A DNA stretch of 64,000 nucleotides from Candidatus Poribacteria bacterium (GCA_963665845.2 OY762492.1:2368001-2432000); one strand, 5' to 3'. Counted from the stretch's first letter, positions 29,153 through 39,278 are shown. The notes: generated by a model not told the origin, from the sequence alone. Program-made: numbers and translations.

Positions 29153-29227
29153 CTGGCCTTAAGGCTTTAGTTGGGACATGTCGGCATGCGTATGCGGACG
29201 GCGTCTGCTGCGCCTAAGATTTCCGCT
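29153..29227. repeat. Partial MITE family A copy (one TIR and a degenerate palindrome)
   Basis: CTGGCCTTAAGGCTTTAGTTGGGACATGTCGGCATG matches the start of copies 1 and 3. Confidence 0.65.
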
Positions 29228-29395
29228 GACAGATCTGTGTAAAATGCGCTGGAACGTCGCCGCCGTAACATACGTTATCTCCGTAGAAGCGGCAATCCAG
29301 AGGACCTGTCAGGTCGGGCCCAACGAGGTTGACAAATCTGGCAGAAAGCATAAATTAGCCATGAATAAAGAATCGATACGAAAGCGCGGCAGCTT

Positions 29396-31396
29396 GTGAG
29401 CGAAAATCAAACGCAGATCATCAGCGTTCCCGACGGCTATATCCGCGATCATGTTGACGGCTATTTCCGCAGAGACACGCCCGAAGAGTATGTGCGCCAG
29501 ACGATAGAGAAGCGGTTGGTTAATGAGCACCGATACAGCCGAGACCGTATCCAGGTTGAGTTCACCTTAAAGATAGGCTCTCGCCGGCCTCGCGCCGACA
29601 TCGTCGTTTTCCCAAAAGACGCTCCAGAGCAAACGCAGGACAGCGTCTGGATGATTGTCGAGTGCAAAAATGAGAAAGTCGAGCCGAAAAATAAAAAAGA
29701 TGGCGTTGAGCAACTCAAATCCTACATGAGCGTGTGTGTGAATTGTGAATGGGGACTCTGGACGAACGGAAAATACAAGGAAGTTCTGAGAAAGGTAACG
29801 GTCGGGGACAAGATCGAATTTCAGGAGTACAACGATATTCCCGCCGCCGACGGATCGCTGGAGGATATTGACCGGCCAAAGCGCAGCGGGCTGAAAAAAG
29901 CGTATGAGGACAATCTCCTCATGGTTTTCAAAACCTGCCACAACCATATCTACGCGACCGACGGATTGCAAAAGCAGCCCGCCTTTTTTGAACTGCTCAA
30001 GTTGATCTTCTGCAAAACGCTGGACGAGCAAAATGTTGGGCAGGCTCTTGAATTTTATGCGCGTTCAGGCGAGCGGACAAACCGAGACGGACAGCTCACC
30101 GTCCAAAAGCGCATTTCCAAGATATTTGAGCGCGTCAAACGAGAATATCCGCTCATTTTTGAAACCAACGACGAAATCAGGCTTCAGCCCCGTTCACTCG
30201 CATGGGTTGCTTCCGAACTTCAGCCGTATAGCCTTCTTGAGACGCATGTTGACGTGAAAGGCAAAGCATACGAAGAGATTGTCGGCGCAAACTTACGGGG
30301 CGACCGAGGCGAGTTCTTTACGCCCCGAAATATCATGCGGATGGCTGTTGAAATGATCAATCCCAGCCCGGAGGAAAAGGTTTGCGATCCTGCATGCGGC
30401 ACTGGGGGTTTTTTGGTCTCGGCAATGAACAGGGTTATGGAGCAATTGAAACGCGCTGCCGCGACAGACTACGGAGCGCAGGAAAGTCGCTGGTCAGACG
30501 CCCAGAAAGAGGCCGTCAGAAATCGGATCAAGCAGATTGCAGAGTCGAATTTTTTCGGGTTTGACATCAATCCCGATCTGGTGAAAGCCACAAAAATGAA
30601 CATGGTCATGAATAATGACGGAAGCGGGAATATCTACCGAAACGATTCGCTGCTCCATCCTCACGAATGGAGTTCAGAGCTGAAACGGCAGCTGGCTGAA
30701 GCGCTGCGGATTAAAGAAGAATCGATTGCCAACAGCGGTTCCATTGGGTTCTTCGATGTGATCGTTACAAACCCGCCTTTCGGCAGTAAAATTCCGATCA
30801 ACGACACCCATGTTCTTGAGCAGTACGATCTTGGGCGGATATGGCGAAACGGGTCCAGCTGGCAGATGTCTGACAACCTCCAATCCTCTGTGCCGCCTGA
30901 GCAACTTTTCATCGAACGATGCCTGCAGTTCCTAAAGCCAGGCGGGCGGCTGGCGATTGTTCTCCCCGATTCTATCTTGGGCAACCCTGGCTTAGGCCAC
31001 ATTCGCCAATGGCTTTTTGAAAAGACGCGCATCGCCGCGAGCATCGATTTGCATGAGGACGCGTTCCAGCCCAGAAACGGAACGCAAACCTCGGTTCTAG
31101 TTCTGCAAAAGAAGACGCAAGAGGAAATCAGCAACGAGCGGTATGAAAGGCGAATGGCGCCGTACAACATCTTTATGGCGAGAATAGAGAAAGTCGGGCA
31201 TGACAAGCGCGGGAATACGATCTTTAAGCGCGACGCGGAAGGCAATGAACTCTGGTCAACGGAGACGATCGCAACGGTGGAGCCGGACGGAACGACCGTC
31301 CAAACAGAGCGCAAAATCCGCGTCATTGACGACCAGACCGTCGAAATCCCCGCCATTTTTCAGGAGTGGAAACGCGCAGAGGGCATTGCGTGGTAG
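29396..31396 (+). CDS. Fused restriction endonuclease (HSDR_N-like PD-(D/E)xK) and N6-adenine DNA methyltransferase
   Basis: TPEEYVRQ, RADIVVF...IVECK nuclease motifs; GEFFTPR, DPACGTGGF (motif I), NPPF (motif IV). Confidence 0.9.
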   Translation: MSENQTQIISVPDGYIRDHVDGYFRRDTPEEYVRQTIEKRLVNEHRYSRDRIQVEFTLKIGSRRPRADIVVFPKDAPEQTQDSVWMIVECKNEKVEPKNKKDGVEQLKSYMSVCVNCEWGLWTNGKYKEVLRKVTVGDKIEFQEYNDIPAADGSLEDIDRPKRSGLKKAYEDNLLMVFKTCHNHIYATDGLQKQPAFFELLKLIFCKTLDEQNVGQALEFYARSGERTNRDGQLTVQKRISKIFERVKREYPLIFETNDEIRLQPRSLAWVASELQPYSLLETHVDVKGKAYEEIVGANLRGDRGEFFTPRNIMRMAVEMINPSPEEKVCDPACGTGGFLVSAMNRVMEQLKRAAATDYGAQESRWSDAQKEAVRNRIKQIAESNFFGFDINPDLVKATKMNMVMNNDGSGNIYRNDSLLHPHEWSSELKRQLAEALRIKEESIANSGSIGFFDVIVTNPPFGSKIPINDTHVLEQYDLGRIWRNGSSWQMSDNLQSSVPPEQLFIERCLQFLKPGGRLAIVLPDSILGNPGLGHIRQWLFEKTRIAASIDLHEDAFQPRNGTQTSVLVLQKKTQEEISNERYERRMAPYNIFMARIEKVGHDKRGNTIFKRDAEGNELWSTETIATVEPDGTTVQTERKIRVIDDQTVEIPAIFQEWKRAEGIAW

Positions 31397-32829
31397 TCTT
31401 CCTCCTTCCGCATGAAAAGCCGGTTCCGTGGGCGTCCGTCAGCGTCCGAGAAGCCATCGAATCAAATCTTCGCTTAGAAGCCAGATTTTACATCAGCGAA
31501 GGCGGGCAGGCGCTGCGGCGTATTAAGCGCGGCAAGTGGCCGCTGCGCAACTTGTCGGGAGAAAACGGACATGTCGATCTTTATCGGCATACCCGATTGA
31601 AGCTCCTTCATGTTGAAAAATCGGTATATCAGTATTTCCAGCCTTCGCAAGCGAACGACCTTGCGCCAAAATCCAAAATTTATCTGTCGCCGCTGCTCAA
31701 ACCAAAGCTAGAGCCATTGCGCGTCAAAAAAGGGCAGATTTTGATCACCTGCTCCGGCTCCATCGGCAATTGCGCATATGTGCGGAAGACGCTTGACGGT
31801 CTCATTTTCAGCAGCGACCTGATCAGAATCGAAACCGGCCCCTATAACGGATATATCTATGCGTTCCTCAAATCAAAAACTGGGCAGGCGCTGATGCAGG
31901 CGAGAAAATACGGGGCGGTTATTCAGCACATCAATCCTGAGCATCTTTGCCAAATCCCGGTGCCTGATCCTCCTGACGCTGTCAAACAAGAAATACACGA
32001 TCTGATCGAAGAATCTCACAAGCTGCGGGACGATTCCAACAACCTGATTGACGCCGCGAGGAACGCGCTGCAGGAGGAGCTGAAATTGCCGGCTATGGAA
32101 GAGCTGGCAGAACAAGTTGAGCTGTTTGAGCCGACGGCAAATGTCCCCAACTACTCCGTGCCTCTAATTGATACGGACGATCGGCTGGACGCCTCGTACC
32201 ACGCCCCTATTGTGAAAGCGATTGAGCGGCGCATAAAGGAAGCAGCGCGGGATGTGGTCAAGGTCGGCGACAGCCGAATCAGCCGCTCGACGCTCATGCC
32301 TGGGCGGTTCAAAAGGTTCTATGTTGCGGAAGGTACGGGGGCGCTTTTTATTGGCGGGAAGCAGATTTACGAATTGGACCCGAACGGCAAAAAGTACTTG
32401 TCCTTAAGGCGTCACAACGACAGAATCAGGAGCGAAATCACGCTCCGAGAAAACATGATTCTCATCACACGCAGCGGGACTATCGGGAAAGTTGTGCAAG
32501 TTCCTGCGTGTTGGAACGACTGGACGGGAAGCGAACACATTATTCGAATCGTTCCGACCGACGACGCAATTGCGGGCTATCTTTATGCTTGGCTGTCGTG
32601 CGATCATGCCTATCCGCTGATCGATAGGCATACCCATGGGGCGGTGGTGGATGAAATTACCGCCGCCCAAGTTTCATCCATATCGGTTCCGCTTTTGCGC
32701 GCCGAAGAAACGCAGCGAGCAATAAACGAGACGGTTTTAAACGCCAATCAAAAGCGCGCCGAAGCCTACCATTTGGAGCAGAAAGCGTTGGCCGTTCTCG
32801 ACGAGAAAGTACTCTACGCAGCTGAATAG
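31390..32829 (+). CDS. Restriction-modification specificity (S) subunit
   Basis: Two internal repeats (RLEARFY/RLDASY, ILITCSGSIG/ILITRSGTIG, YGAVIQHI/HGAVVDEI) each followed by a helical spacer. Probable GTG start overlapping the upstream stop. Confidence 0.85.
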   Translation: MVVFLLPHEKPVPWASVSVREAIESNLRLEARFYISEGGQALRRIKRGKWPLRNLSGENGHVDLYRHTRLKLLHVEKSVYQYFQPSQANDLAPKSKIYLSPLLKPKLEPLRVKKGQILITCSGSIGNCAYVRKTLDGLIFSSDLIRIETGPYNGYIYAFLKSKTGQALMQARKYGAVIQHINPEHLCQIPVPDPPDAVKQEIHDLIEESHKLRDDSNNLIDAARNALQEELKLPAMEELAEQVELFEPTANVPNYSVPLIDTDDRLDASYHAPIVKAIERRIKEAARDVVKVGDSRISRSTLMPGRFKRFYVAEGTGALFIGGKQIYELDPNGKKYLSLRRHNDRIRSEITLRENMILITRSGTIGKVVQVPACWNDWTGSEHIIRIVPTDDAIAGYLYAWLSCDHAYPLIDRHTHGAVVDEITAAQVSSISVPLLRAEETQRAINETVLNANQKRAEAYHLEQKALAVLDEKVLYAAE

Positions 32830-32831
32830 AA

Positions 32832-32862
32832 GGCGGCGGGAGAAAACGCTTCCCCCGCCGCC
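32832..32862. terminator. Hairpin between convergent genes
   Basis: GGCGGCGGG / CCCGCCGCC inverted repeat; weak U-tract. Confidence 0.55.
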
Positions 32863-32878
32863 AAACATGCGCGGAGTC

Positions 32879-34477
32879 TTAGAGGATCCCCGCCAGCTCC
32901 TGCAGCATGCGCCAGTTTTGCCGCCGGTCTTCTTGCGCGCCGAGCAGCTCAGGCGACGGATTGCCTTCCGCGTCGAAGTGCTTGGAGAACCGCCCTTCGG
33001 AACGCGCGAAGGTGATGAAATCGATCACCTCGCCCGTCTTCGGAATGACGCACCAGTCCTCTTTGACGGTCGGGTTGCCTTTCAGATCGAGCCGTTCCTT
33101 GATCGTCTCGCCCGCGCGCGGGTCGTAGATGAAGATCGGAAACGCGCGCGACTCTTTCGCCAATCTCGCCTGCTCCGTCGCCAGCTCGTCCGCGACGCCA
33201 TGTTCAGGCTGGCAGGTCGTGTAGACGTTGATGATCGCCGGACCCTTATACTCGTTCGCCGCGGCGACCGCCTTGTAGAAGTGGTTGAAGTCGGCGCAGG
33301 TGGTCTGCGCGACATACACATCCGGGTGCATCATGCAGATCGTCGCCAGCTCTTTCCGCCGCTCCGTCTTGCCGGGGATCGCCTTGCCGTGGTAGGACAT
33401 CTTCGTGTTCTGCCCCGTGTAAGACGAAGTGGACGCCTGCCCGCCCGTGTTGGAATACACCTGCGTGTCCAGCACCAGAACGTTGATGTCCATGCCCGAC
33501 ATGAGCATGCGCGAGAGCGCTTGGAAGCCGATGTCGTTCATGGCGCCGTCCCCGCCGAGGACCCACAGCTTCTTGTCTTCCCAGCCCTGCTGGTCCCACC
33601 TGGCGCGGACGCCCATTGCGTCGGTCGGCGCGTTTTCAAACAGCGAGTTCGTCCACGGGACGCGGTACGGGTTATACGGATAGGTGGAGGTGTAGACCGT
33701 GTTGCAGCCGGTCGCCGCGACGATGCCGATGTTCTCCGGCCCGTATTTGAAGCCTGTGGACGCGAGCATCATGCGCAGCGCGGTCGCTTCGCCGCAGCCG
33801 GCGCATGAACCCGCCCCGCCGACATACAGCAGCGAGTCGTTTTTCAACATCATATCGGTCGCAAGACGCTCGTTGATGTAAGCGTCCGGCGTTTCCGGCA
33901 GATTTTCAAAGGCGCGGAACGCCTCCTGGTACTGCGGAACGTTCTTGTCGGTTTTCTGAAGCATGGAGAGCGCGTAGTCGTCGCACACTTCAACGCACTC
34001 GGCGCACCCTTTGCATTTCGTCGGGTCGATGAAGATGCCGAACAGGGCGCCGCTGCCCTCATTTTTCTTTTCGTAAGCGTCGTAGTATTTGCGCGTTTTG
34101 ACAAACCTTGAGCGCGTCATTTCCCGCACTACAGGGTCGTCTATCGCTGCCAGCTCTTCTTCCAGCGAGTCGGGGTGGATCACCTTGCCGAGAATGGCGG
34201 TGTCCGGACATTCGATGACGCACTCCATGCAGCCGATGCAGTTGGAGGGGTCGTAAAGCGGTATGTCGGGCGCGATATAGCTGAAATCGCGCAGTTTGCC
34301 TGTAGCGGCGGGGACAAAGCTGAACGCCGTGTCGTCGTCCGCTTCCAGTTCGATCTCGGCGACGCCTCGGTTGTACGCCCCGACGACGCGCCGGTTGAAC
34401 TCTTCAATATCCAGCAGTTTTGGCTCTCGCCGTCCGTTTGTCGGCGCGGCCTTCGGAATGGCGGTTTCGTCGCTCAT
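32879..34477 (-). CDS. Pyruvate/2-oxoacid:ferredoxin oxidoreductase, ferredoxin (delta) plus TPP-binding (beta) polypeptide
   Basis: CIGCMECVIECP, CKGCAECVEVC, GSCAGCGE, ATGC, GGDGAMNDIG, YSNTGGQ. Confidence 0.92.
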   Translation of the reverse strand: MSDETAIPKAAPTNGRREPKLLDIEEFNRRVVGAYNRGVAEIELEADDDTAFSFVPAATGKLRDFSYIAPDIPLYDPSNCIGCMECVIECPDTAILGKVIHPDSLEEELAAIDDPVVREMTRSRFVKTRKYYDAYEKKNEGSGALFGIFIDPTKCKGCAECVEVCDDYALSMLQKTDKNVPQYQEAFRAFENLPETPDAYINERLATDMMLKNDSLLYVGGAGSCAGCGEATALRMMLASTGFKYGPENIGIVAATGCNTVYTSTYPYNPYRVPWTNSLFENAPTDAMGVRARWDQQGWEDKKLWVLGGDGAMNDIGFQALSRMLMSGMDINVLVLDTQVYSNTGGQASTSSYTGQNTKMSYHGKAIPGKTERRKELATICMMHPDVYVAQTTCADFNHFYKAVAAANEYKGPAIINVYTTCQPEHGVADELATEQARLAKESRAFPIFIYDPRAGETIKERLDLKGNPTVKEDWCVIPKTGEVIDFITFARSEGRFSKHFDAEGNPSPELLGAQEDRRQNWRMLQELAGIL

Positions 34478-34540
34478 GCGGAATCCTTTCTTTCGTTAGA
34501 CCGTCGTTCCCGCGCAGAACGCGGGAATCGCTGGACCGGT

Positions 34541-34765
34541 TTAGACCTGATCGCGTTCCCGAAACGTTTCTCCGTTCACAATGATTTTCGGCAAACCTAA
34601 GAGCGTCCACGGGGGGCGCTGGTTCTGTTCAATGGCGGCAATGTCCTCATCAATCTCGTTCTGATTGATGCGCTCCATGATGAAGTCGCCGTCGTCATGG
34701 ATTTTGCGGCTTGTCCATTTGCCGTCTTCTTCGTTGAACTCGACATACTCGATGATTTTGGGCAT
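34541..34765 (-). CDS. Small acidic hypothetical protein inside the oxidoreductase operon
   Basis: 74-aa ORF starting 4 bp after the alpha-gamma stop; protein-like composition. Confidence 0.7.
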   Translation of the reverse strand: MPKIIEYVEFNEEDGKWTSRKIHDDGDFIMERINQNEIDEDIAAIEQNQRPPWTLLGLPKIIVNGETFRERDQV

Positions 34766-34769
34766 CTGT

Positions 34770-36743
34770 TTATTCCGATTCCCCGTTCTCTATCGGAAGG
34801 ATGATCGATTTCGGTATCTCAAACACCTCGTCGTATCCGCGCTGAACCGCCTGAACGTTCGCTTGGACGACCGCTTCGCCGCGCTTTCCGAACCACTTGC
34901 GCAGGGCGTCTTCCACCCGTTCAAACAGCGTGTCTTTGTTGATGTCGTCCGACTGCAGGATCGGCGAGACGCGCAGGAAGATGCCCGCCAGCACAATGCC
35001 CTGCATGCGCATTTCCAGGTCGGCGGTCGGCGCCACCTCGCGCGCGATCTTCACGGTGTCCAGCGCAAAGACGCGGATGTTTTTCTTCTGAATGTCCTTC
35101 TTCGCGTACTCCGGCACCGCCGCCCACACTGCCGCGGGGTCCCGCTTGTCGCTCTGAATGAACACCATCCCATGCTCCTGCAGCCCCTTCAGCGGGTTGC
35201 CGTGATGAAAGGCGTTCACATCGTTCAGCGGCACAAACTCCACATGGTTCATCTCGCAATGGGTGCGGATGCGCTCCTTGGCGGCGGTCAAGTAGTAGGT
35301 GGTCGGCAAGCCTTTCTTTTCGGAGCCGTATTTCGGGTACGCCTGCACCGTCATGCCGAGCATGCCGAGAAACGAGGCGATCACCTTGTTGGTCGTCACG
35401 GAGCCGAAGCCGCCGACCGAATGCCCGCGCATGGAGAAGGAGCCAGCGGGGCGGATGTCAGGATCGAACGGCGCCTCCACCGCCAGCTCATGCTTGATGC
35501 CCAGCACAAAGTAGCGCCGCTCCTGCCCCGTCCACATGTGCGTATAGGCGCCAATCAGGTCGCCCGGTCGGATGTCGCGGCTGCCGAGACCCGCGGAGCC
35601 GGAGTAGATTGTCGGGATATGGTCGATTTCAGGGTAGCCCGGGTGTCCGCTGATCGCGTCCGCGAAGGCTGCCTTGATCTCCGCCGTCAGCGGATTCGAC
35701 TGCGCAATCGGGTTGTCCATGCGTTCCAGGACGGCGAACGCTTTCACATGTTTGAGCGTCTCGACGATCTGTTCGCTGGGGAAGGGGCGGAAGGAGGTTA
35801 CATGAACGACGCCGACCTTCTTGCCGAATTCGCGCAGATAATCCGCCGTTACCATCGCCGTTTCCATCATGCCGCCCATGCCGACCAGCGCGTATTCCGC
35901 GTCTTCCATGCGGTACGGCTCCACCAGATCGTACCGCCGCCCCGTTTGCTTGTGCCATTCGTCCATCGCGTCTTGGAGCGCGCGGGCCATTTCGGCGTAG
36001 TAGGTTCGCTGCGCGATCTTGCCCTTCATATAGGAGTCCTGGTTCTGGACGGTGCCGGACATGATCGGATCGTAGGGGGTGAACAGGTTGCGAATGCGGT
36101 CTTCCGGTTTGCCGATGTACTCTTCAAGCAGCTCCATTTCGGGCTGCAGCGTCGATTCGACCGTGTGCGTCGTCAAAAAGCCGTCTTGCACGTTCATGAT
36201 GGGTCGGCTGCAGTCTTCGGCGGCGCGTCGGGTGATGGCGGCAAGGTCGCCGGAGGCTTGCGCGTTCATACCGAAGACGATGCCCCAGCCGGTGTCCGCG
36301 ACCGCCATGACATCGTCATGTCCGGCGTGTACGTTGAGCGACTGCGAGGTCATGGCGCGCGCGCCGATGTGGAAAACGATGGGCAGCCCTTTGCCCGCGA
36401 TGGTGTACAGGACCTCTTTCATGAGAACGAGACCCTGTCCGGAGGTGAAGGTGGTGGTGCGTCCGCCGGCGACGGCAAAGCCTTCGCATGCGCTGGCGGC
36501 GCTGTGTTCCGATTCAGGTTCCAAAAATAGAAGCGTGTCGCCCCACAGATTTTTGTATCCGTTGGAGACGGCGACATTGTATCCTTCGCCCATTTTGGAG
36601 GAGGAGGTGATCGGATAGGCGCACGCGGACTGCGTGATATTTATTTCCACCCATACGACCGTTTCGGCTCCGTCGGCGGTTATGAGCGTACCGGGGTAGG
36701 GTACCTTGTTGGCAGGTTTATCGGACGTCATATGCGGCTCCAA
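34770..36743 (-). CDS. Pyruvate/2-oxoacid:ferredoxin oxidoreductase, alpha plus gamma polypeptide (NifJ-like N-half)
   Basis: AYPITSS, ESEHSAA, FTSGQGLVLM, DGFLTTH, VGGFGSVT, YGSEKKG. Confidence 0.92.
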   Translation of the reverse strand: MEPHMTSDKPANKVPYPGTLITADGAETVVWVEINITQSACAYPITSSSKMGEGYNVAVSNGYKNLWGDTLLFLEPESEHSAASACEGFAVAGGRTTTFTSGQGLVLMKEVLYTIAGKGLPIVFHIGARAMTSQSLNVHAGHDDVMAVADTGWGIVFGMNAQASGDLAAITRRAAEDCSRPIMNVQDGFLTTHTVESTLQPEMELLEEYIGKPEDRIRNLFTPYDPIMSGTVQNQDSYMKGKIAQRTYYAEMARALQDAMDEWHKQTGRRYDLVEPYRMEDAEYALVGMGGMMETAMVTADYLREFGKKVGVVHVTSFRPFPSEQIVETLKHVKAFAVLERMDNPIAQSNPLTAEIKAAFADAISGHPGYPEIDHIPTIYSGSAGLGSRDIRPGDLIGAYTHMWTGQERRYFVLGIKHELAVEAPFDPDIRPAGSFSMRGHSVGGFGSVTTNKVIASFLGMLGMTVQAYPKYGSEKKGLPTTYYLTAAKERIRTHCEMNHVEFVPLNDVNAFHHGNPLKGLQEHGMVFIQSDKRDPAAVWAAVPEYAKKDIQKKNIRVFALDTVKIAREVAPTADLEMRMQGIVLAGIFLRVSPILQSDDINKDTLFERVEDALRKWFGKRGEAVVQANVQAVQRGYDEVFEIPKSIILPIENGESE

Positions 36744-36781
36744 TGCTCATCGCGAATGCGGCGCTTGCGCTGCGTATAATT

Positions 36782-36810
36782 AGCCTATCAGCATGGCGGC
36801 GGCATGTCAA
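36782..36810 (-). promoter_or_regulatory. Predicted sigma70 promoter of the oxidoreductase operon
   Basis: TTGACA-17 bp-TAGGCT on the minus strand. Confidence 0.55.
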
Positions 36811-36819
36811 ATCTTTAAT

Positions 36820-37008
36820 CTGACCTCATGCCTAAAGTTGAGACATTTGGACAGACGACCGCTCTATTCATGGAAAAAGGCGCCGCCAACCAGGCCGTCC
36901 CCCGCTTCCGCGAGGGCATGCATTCCCGCGCAAGCGGGAATCTAGAGGCGCCGCAGACGACGTCCGCGTTCGTCCAGCGGAATGTCCCAACTAAAGACGT
37001 AAGGTCAG
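36820..37008. mobile_element. MITE family A, copy 2 (inverted, with a ~20-bp internal insertion)
   Basis: Ends CTGACCTCATGCCTAAAGTTGAGACAT ... ATGTCCCAACTAAAGACGTAAGGTCAG. Confidence 0.85.
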
Positions 37009-37080
37009 GGCAAAACAGACAGACGCTTGACGGAGCGGGGCGGAATGGTATGATGCGTCTCAGAAACGCCGCTTTTCAAA

Positions 37081-38061
37081 ATGGAGAAATCCATGCCGTT
37101 AGAATTGATTGCGACTGCCCCTAGAACCCCCGAACTGCGCGAATACGAGGACGGACCTGTCCCTGACGGAAGCGTCCGCGTTCAGACGGAATTCGGCGCG
37201 CCGAAGCACGGTACCGAAATGACCGAATACAGAGCGCACCGCGGGAGCCGATTCCCAAGGGGGCTTGGCAACATGTGCGTCGGGCGAATCGTCGAGATCG
37301 GCGGCGTTGAAGGGTTTGAGCTTGGAGAGCGCGTCGCCGGCTACGGAAGCCTCCGCGAGACGCACACCTGGAGCGGCGGCTCCGTGTTGAAAATGTCGGA
37401 GCGCATGACATGGAAAGAGGCGGTCTGTTACGACCCGGCGCATTTTGCGCTGGGCGGCGTCAGGGACGGAAACGCGCGGGCGGGCGATCATGTTGCCGTG
37501 TTTGGTCTCGGCGCGCTTGGGCAGATGTCGGCGCAGTTTGCGCGGCTCTCCGGCGCGGACACGGTGAGCGTCATCGATCCGATTGAGGCGCGGCGGCAGG
37601 TTGCGTTGAACGCCGGCGCGGATTTCGCTTTTGACGCGGACCCTGAAGTTGCCGTTTCTGGATTAAAGGAGGTCAGCGGCGGGCGCGGACCCGACCTGAT
37701 CATCGAAACGAGCGCGAATTACCGCGCCTTAGATACGGCTTTGCGCGCTCTTTCTTACGGCGGGACGGTCGCCTATATGGGCTGGCCGAAGGAGTGCGGC
37801 GGCGGGCTGGATTTCGGCGCCAAGGCGCATTTTGAGGTCCCGAACATGATCTTCACCCGCGCCTGCAGCGAGCCGAACCGCGACCATCCGCGCTGGAGTT
37901 TTCAACGCATCAGGGAAACATGCTGGCGCTGGTTGAATGCGGGAAAGCTGAACTGCGAGGAGATTGTGTCGCCTGTCGTTTCGTTTGCGGAGGTTGTGGA
38001 GGCGTATCGAACCATCGACGAGCAGCCCGAATTGAGCGTCAAATTAGGGGTCGCGTTTTAG
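37081..38061 (+). CDS. MDR-superfamily (zinc-binding alcohol dehydrogenase-like) oxidoreductase
   Basis: KHGTE, VAVFGLGALG, PDLIIETS. Start may be 37093. Confidence 0.85.
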   Translation: MEKSMPLELIATAPRTPELREYEDGPVPDGSVRVQTEFGAPKHGTEMTEYRAHRGSRFPRGLGNMCVGRIVEIGGVEGFELGERVAGYGSLRETHTWSGGSVLKMSERMTWKEAVCYDPAHFALGGVRDGNARAGDHVAVFGLGALGQMSAQFARLSGADTVSVIDPIEARRQVALNAGADFAFDADPEVAVSGLKEVSGGRGPDLIIETSANYRALDTALRALSYGGTVAYMGWPKECGGGLDFGAKAHFEVPNMIFTRACSEPNRDHPRWSFQRIRETCWRWLNAGKLNCEEIVSPVVSFAEVVEAYRTIDEQPELSVKLGVAF

Positions 38062-38238
38062 GCGCCCGGCGTCGTCATTCTCGCGTAAGCGGGAATCTTA
38101 ACCGATACATCTTCCGATCAAATCCATCGCCGCGAATAACTCCGTTTGAGCGGCGCTAACGATTTAGGCGCCGGGCGCTGAAGAATAAGGCGCCGTCGGG
38201 TTGAAACGCGGCGAAATCGGCGTTTCTGGGGTGGAATG

Positions 38239-38256
38239 TTCGGCACAATGTTTGCG
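38239..38256 (+). promoter_or_regulatory. Possible sigma54 (-24/-12) promoter
   Basis: TTCGGCACAATGTTTGCG: GG-N10-GC spacing resembling TGGCAC-N5-TTGC. Confidence 0.45.
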
Positions 38257-38373
38257 TCTTTAGGTGGACGGCGACGCGGGCTGTCATGAGCAGACTTGAA
38301 ATGGAATTGCAAATGGACCCCGCAGAAGCCACTATTACGGAAACAACGCATCTATCCACTCAGGAGACTTTGT

Positions 38374-39105
38374 ATGTCACGCGTTACAGCAGTTCTGACG
38401 GCGCTAGCGTTTAGCGCCGGTTTTTTGGCGTCCGCGCCGAACGCGGCTGCGCAGGATGTCGCCCTTGATTTCACCTACGCCAGCGCGTATTACTGGCGCG
38501 GCGCGTCCGCCGGCGCCGGAAACGGATTTGTTCAGCCCTCCGCGGACATCTCCTTCGCCGCCTCGCCCGATCTGTCGGTCGGGTTGAACCTCTGGATGTC
38601 GCAGGGACCTGAAGCGGCTGACGCCGACAACAGCGAGATCGATTACACCCTCTACGCCGCGTACAGCGCCGGGGATATCGGCGTCTACGCCGGCGTCATC
38701 GACTATGTGATTCCCGCCGGCGCGCCGTTTGCGGACGGGCATGTGCTGGAAGCGCATGCCGGCATCGACTTCGCGGCGGGCGATCTCGGCATCGGCGTCG
38801 CCGCCGCCCTGAACCTGGACGGCGACGATGACGACTCCATGTACATCGCCCCCAGCCTCTCCTACCCGCTCGGCAACCTGAGCCTCGCATTGAGCATCGG
38901 TCTTGGGAACGGATTCTACAGCGCGGAGGAGGAAGGCGAAGAGGACGCGATGGCGCTGGTCGACCTCACGCCCAGCGTCAGCTACGCGATCCCTCTCGGC
39001 GACGATATGGAAGCGGCGGTCGGTCTGGCGATCGGTTACAACCCCGACACCGGCGCGACTCTTCCGTTCTTGACGCTCGGAACTGGCTGGAGCTGGTCTC
39101 CATAA
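38374..39105 (+). CDS. TorF/TIGR02001-like putative outer-membrane porin
   Basis: Signal peptide (AAA|Q), ASAYYWRG, VQPSAD, EIDYTLY motifs; AGGAG RBS before ATG 38374. Confidence 0.75.
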   Translation: MSRVTAVLTALAFSAGFLASAPNAAAQDVALDFTYASAYYWRGASAGAGNGFVQPSADISFAASPDLSVGLNLWMSQGPEAADADNSEIDYTLYAAYSAGDIGVYAGVIDYVIPAGAPFADGHVLEAHAGIDFAAGDLGIGVAAALNLDGDDDDSMYIAPSLSYPLGNLSLALSIGLGNGFYSAEEEGEEDAMALVDLTPSVSYAIPLGDDMEAAVGLAIGYNPDTGATLPFLTLGTGWSWSP

Positions 39106-39125
39106 ACGAACCTGTCTCATCATGT

Positions 39126-39159
39126 GTTGGCGCGGCTGTTTGACGCGGCTGCGCCAACA
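39126..39159 (+). terminator. Probable terminator hairpin after the porin gene
   Basis: TGTTGGCGCGGC / GCTGCGCCAACA followed by a pyrimidine-rich tail. Confidence 0.55.
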
Positions 39160-39278
39160 TTCTCTTATCCTCCCTTGCCCGCCGGTTGACCCCTGAAACA
39201 AAGCGAATTACTTACTGAGCTATCCTCGCGTTTCGCGCTAGTATACATGCTAGTCATGGCAGAGCCGCCGCTGTTGTC

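Noticed and set aside
36828-37124. 98-aa ORF (and similar ORFs at 27026-27430 and 60560-60766)
   Set aside because: These are translations of MITE or palindrome repeats (recurrent HSRxSGN pseudo-motif).
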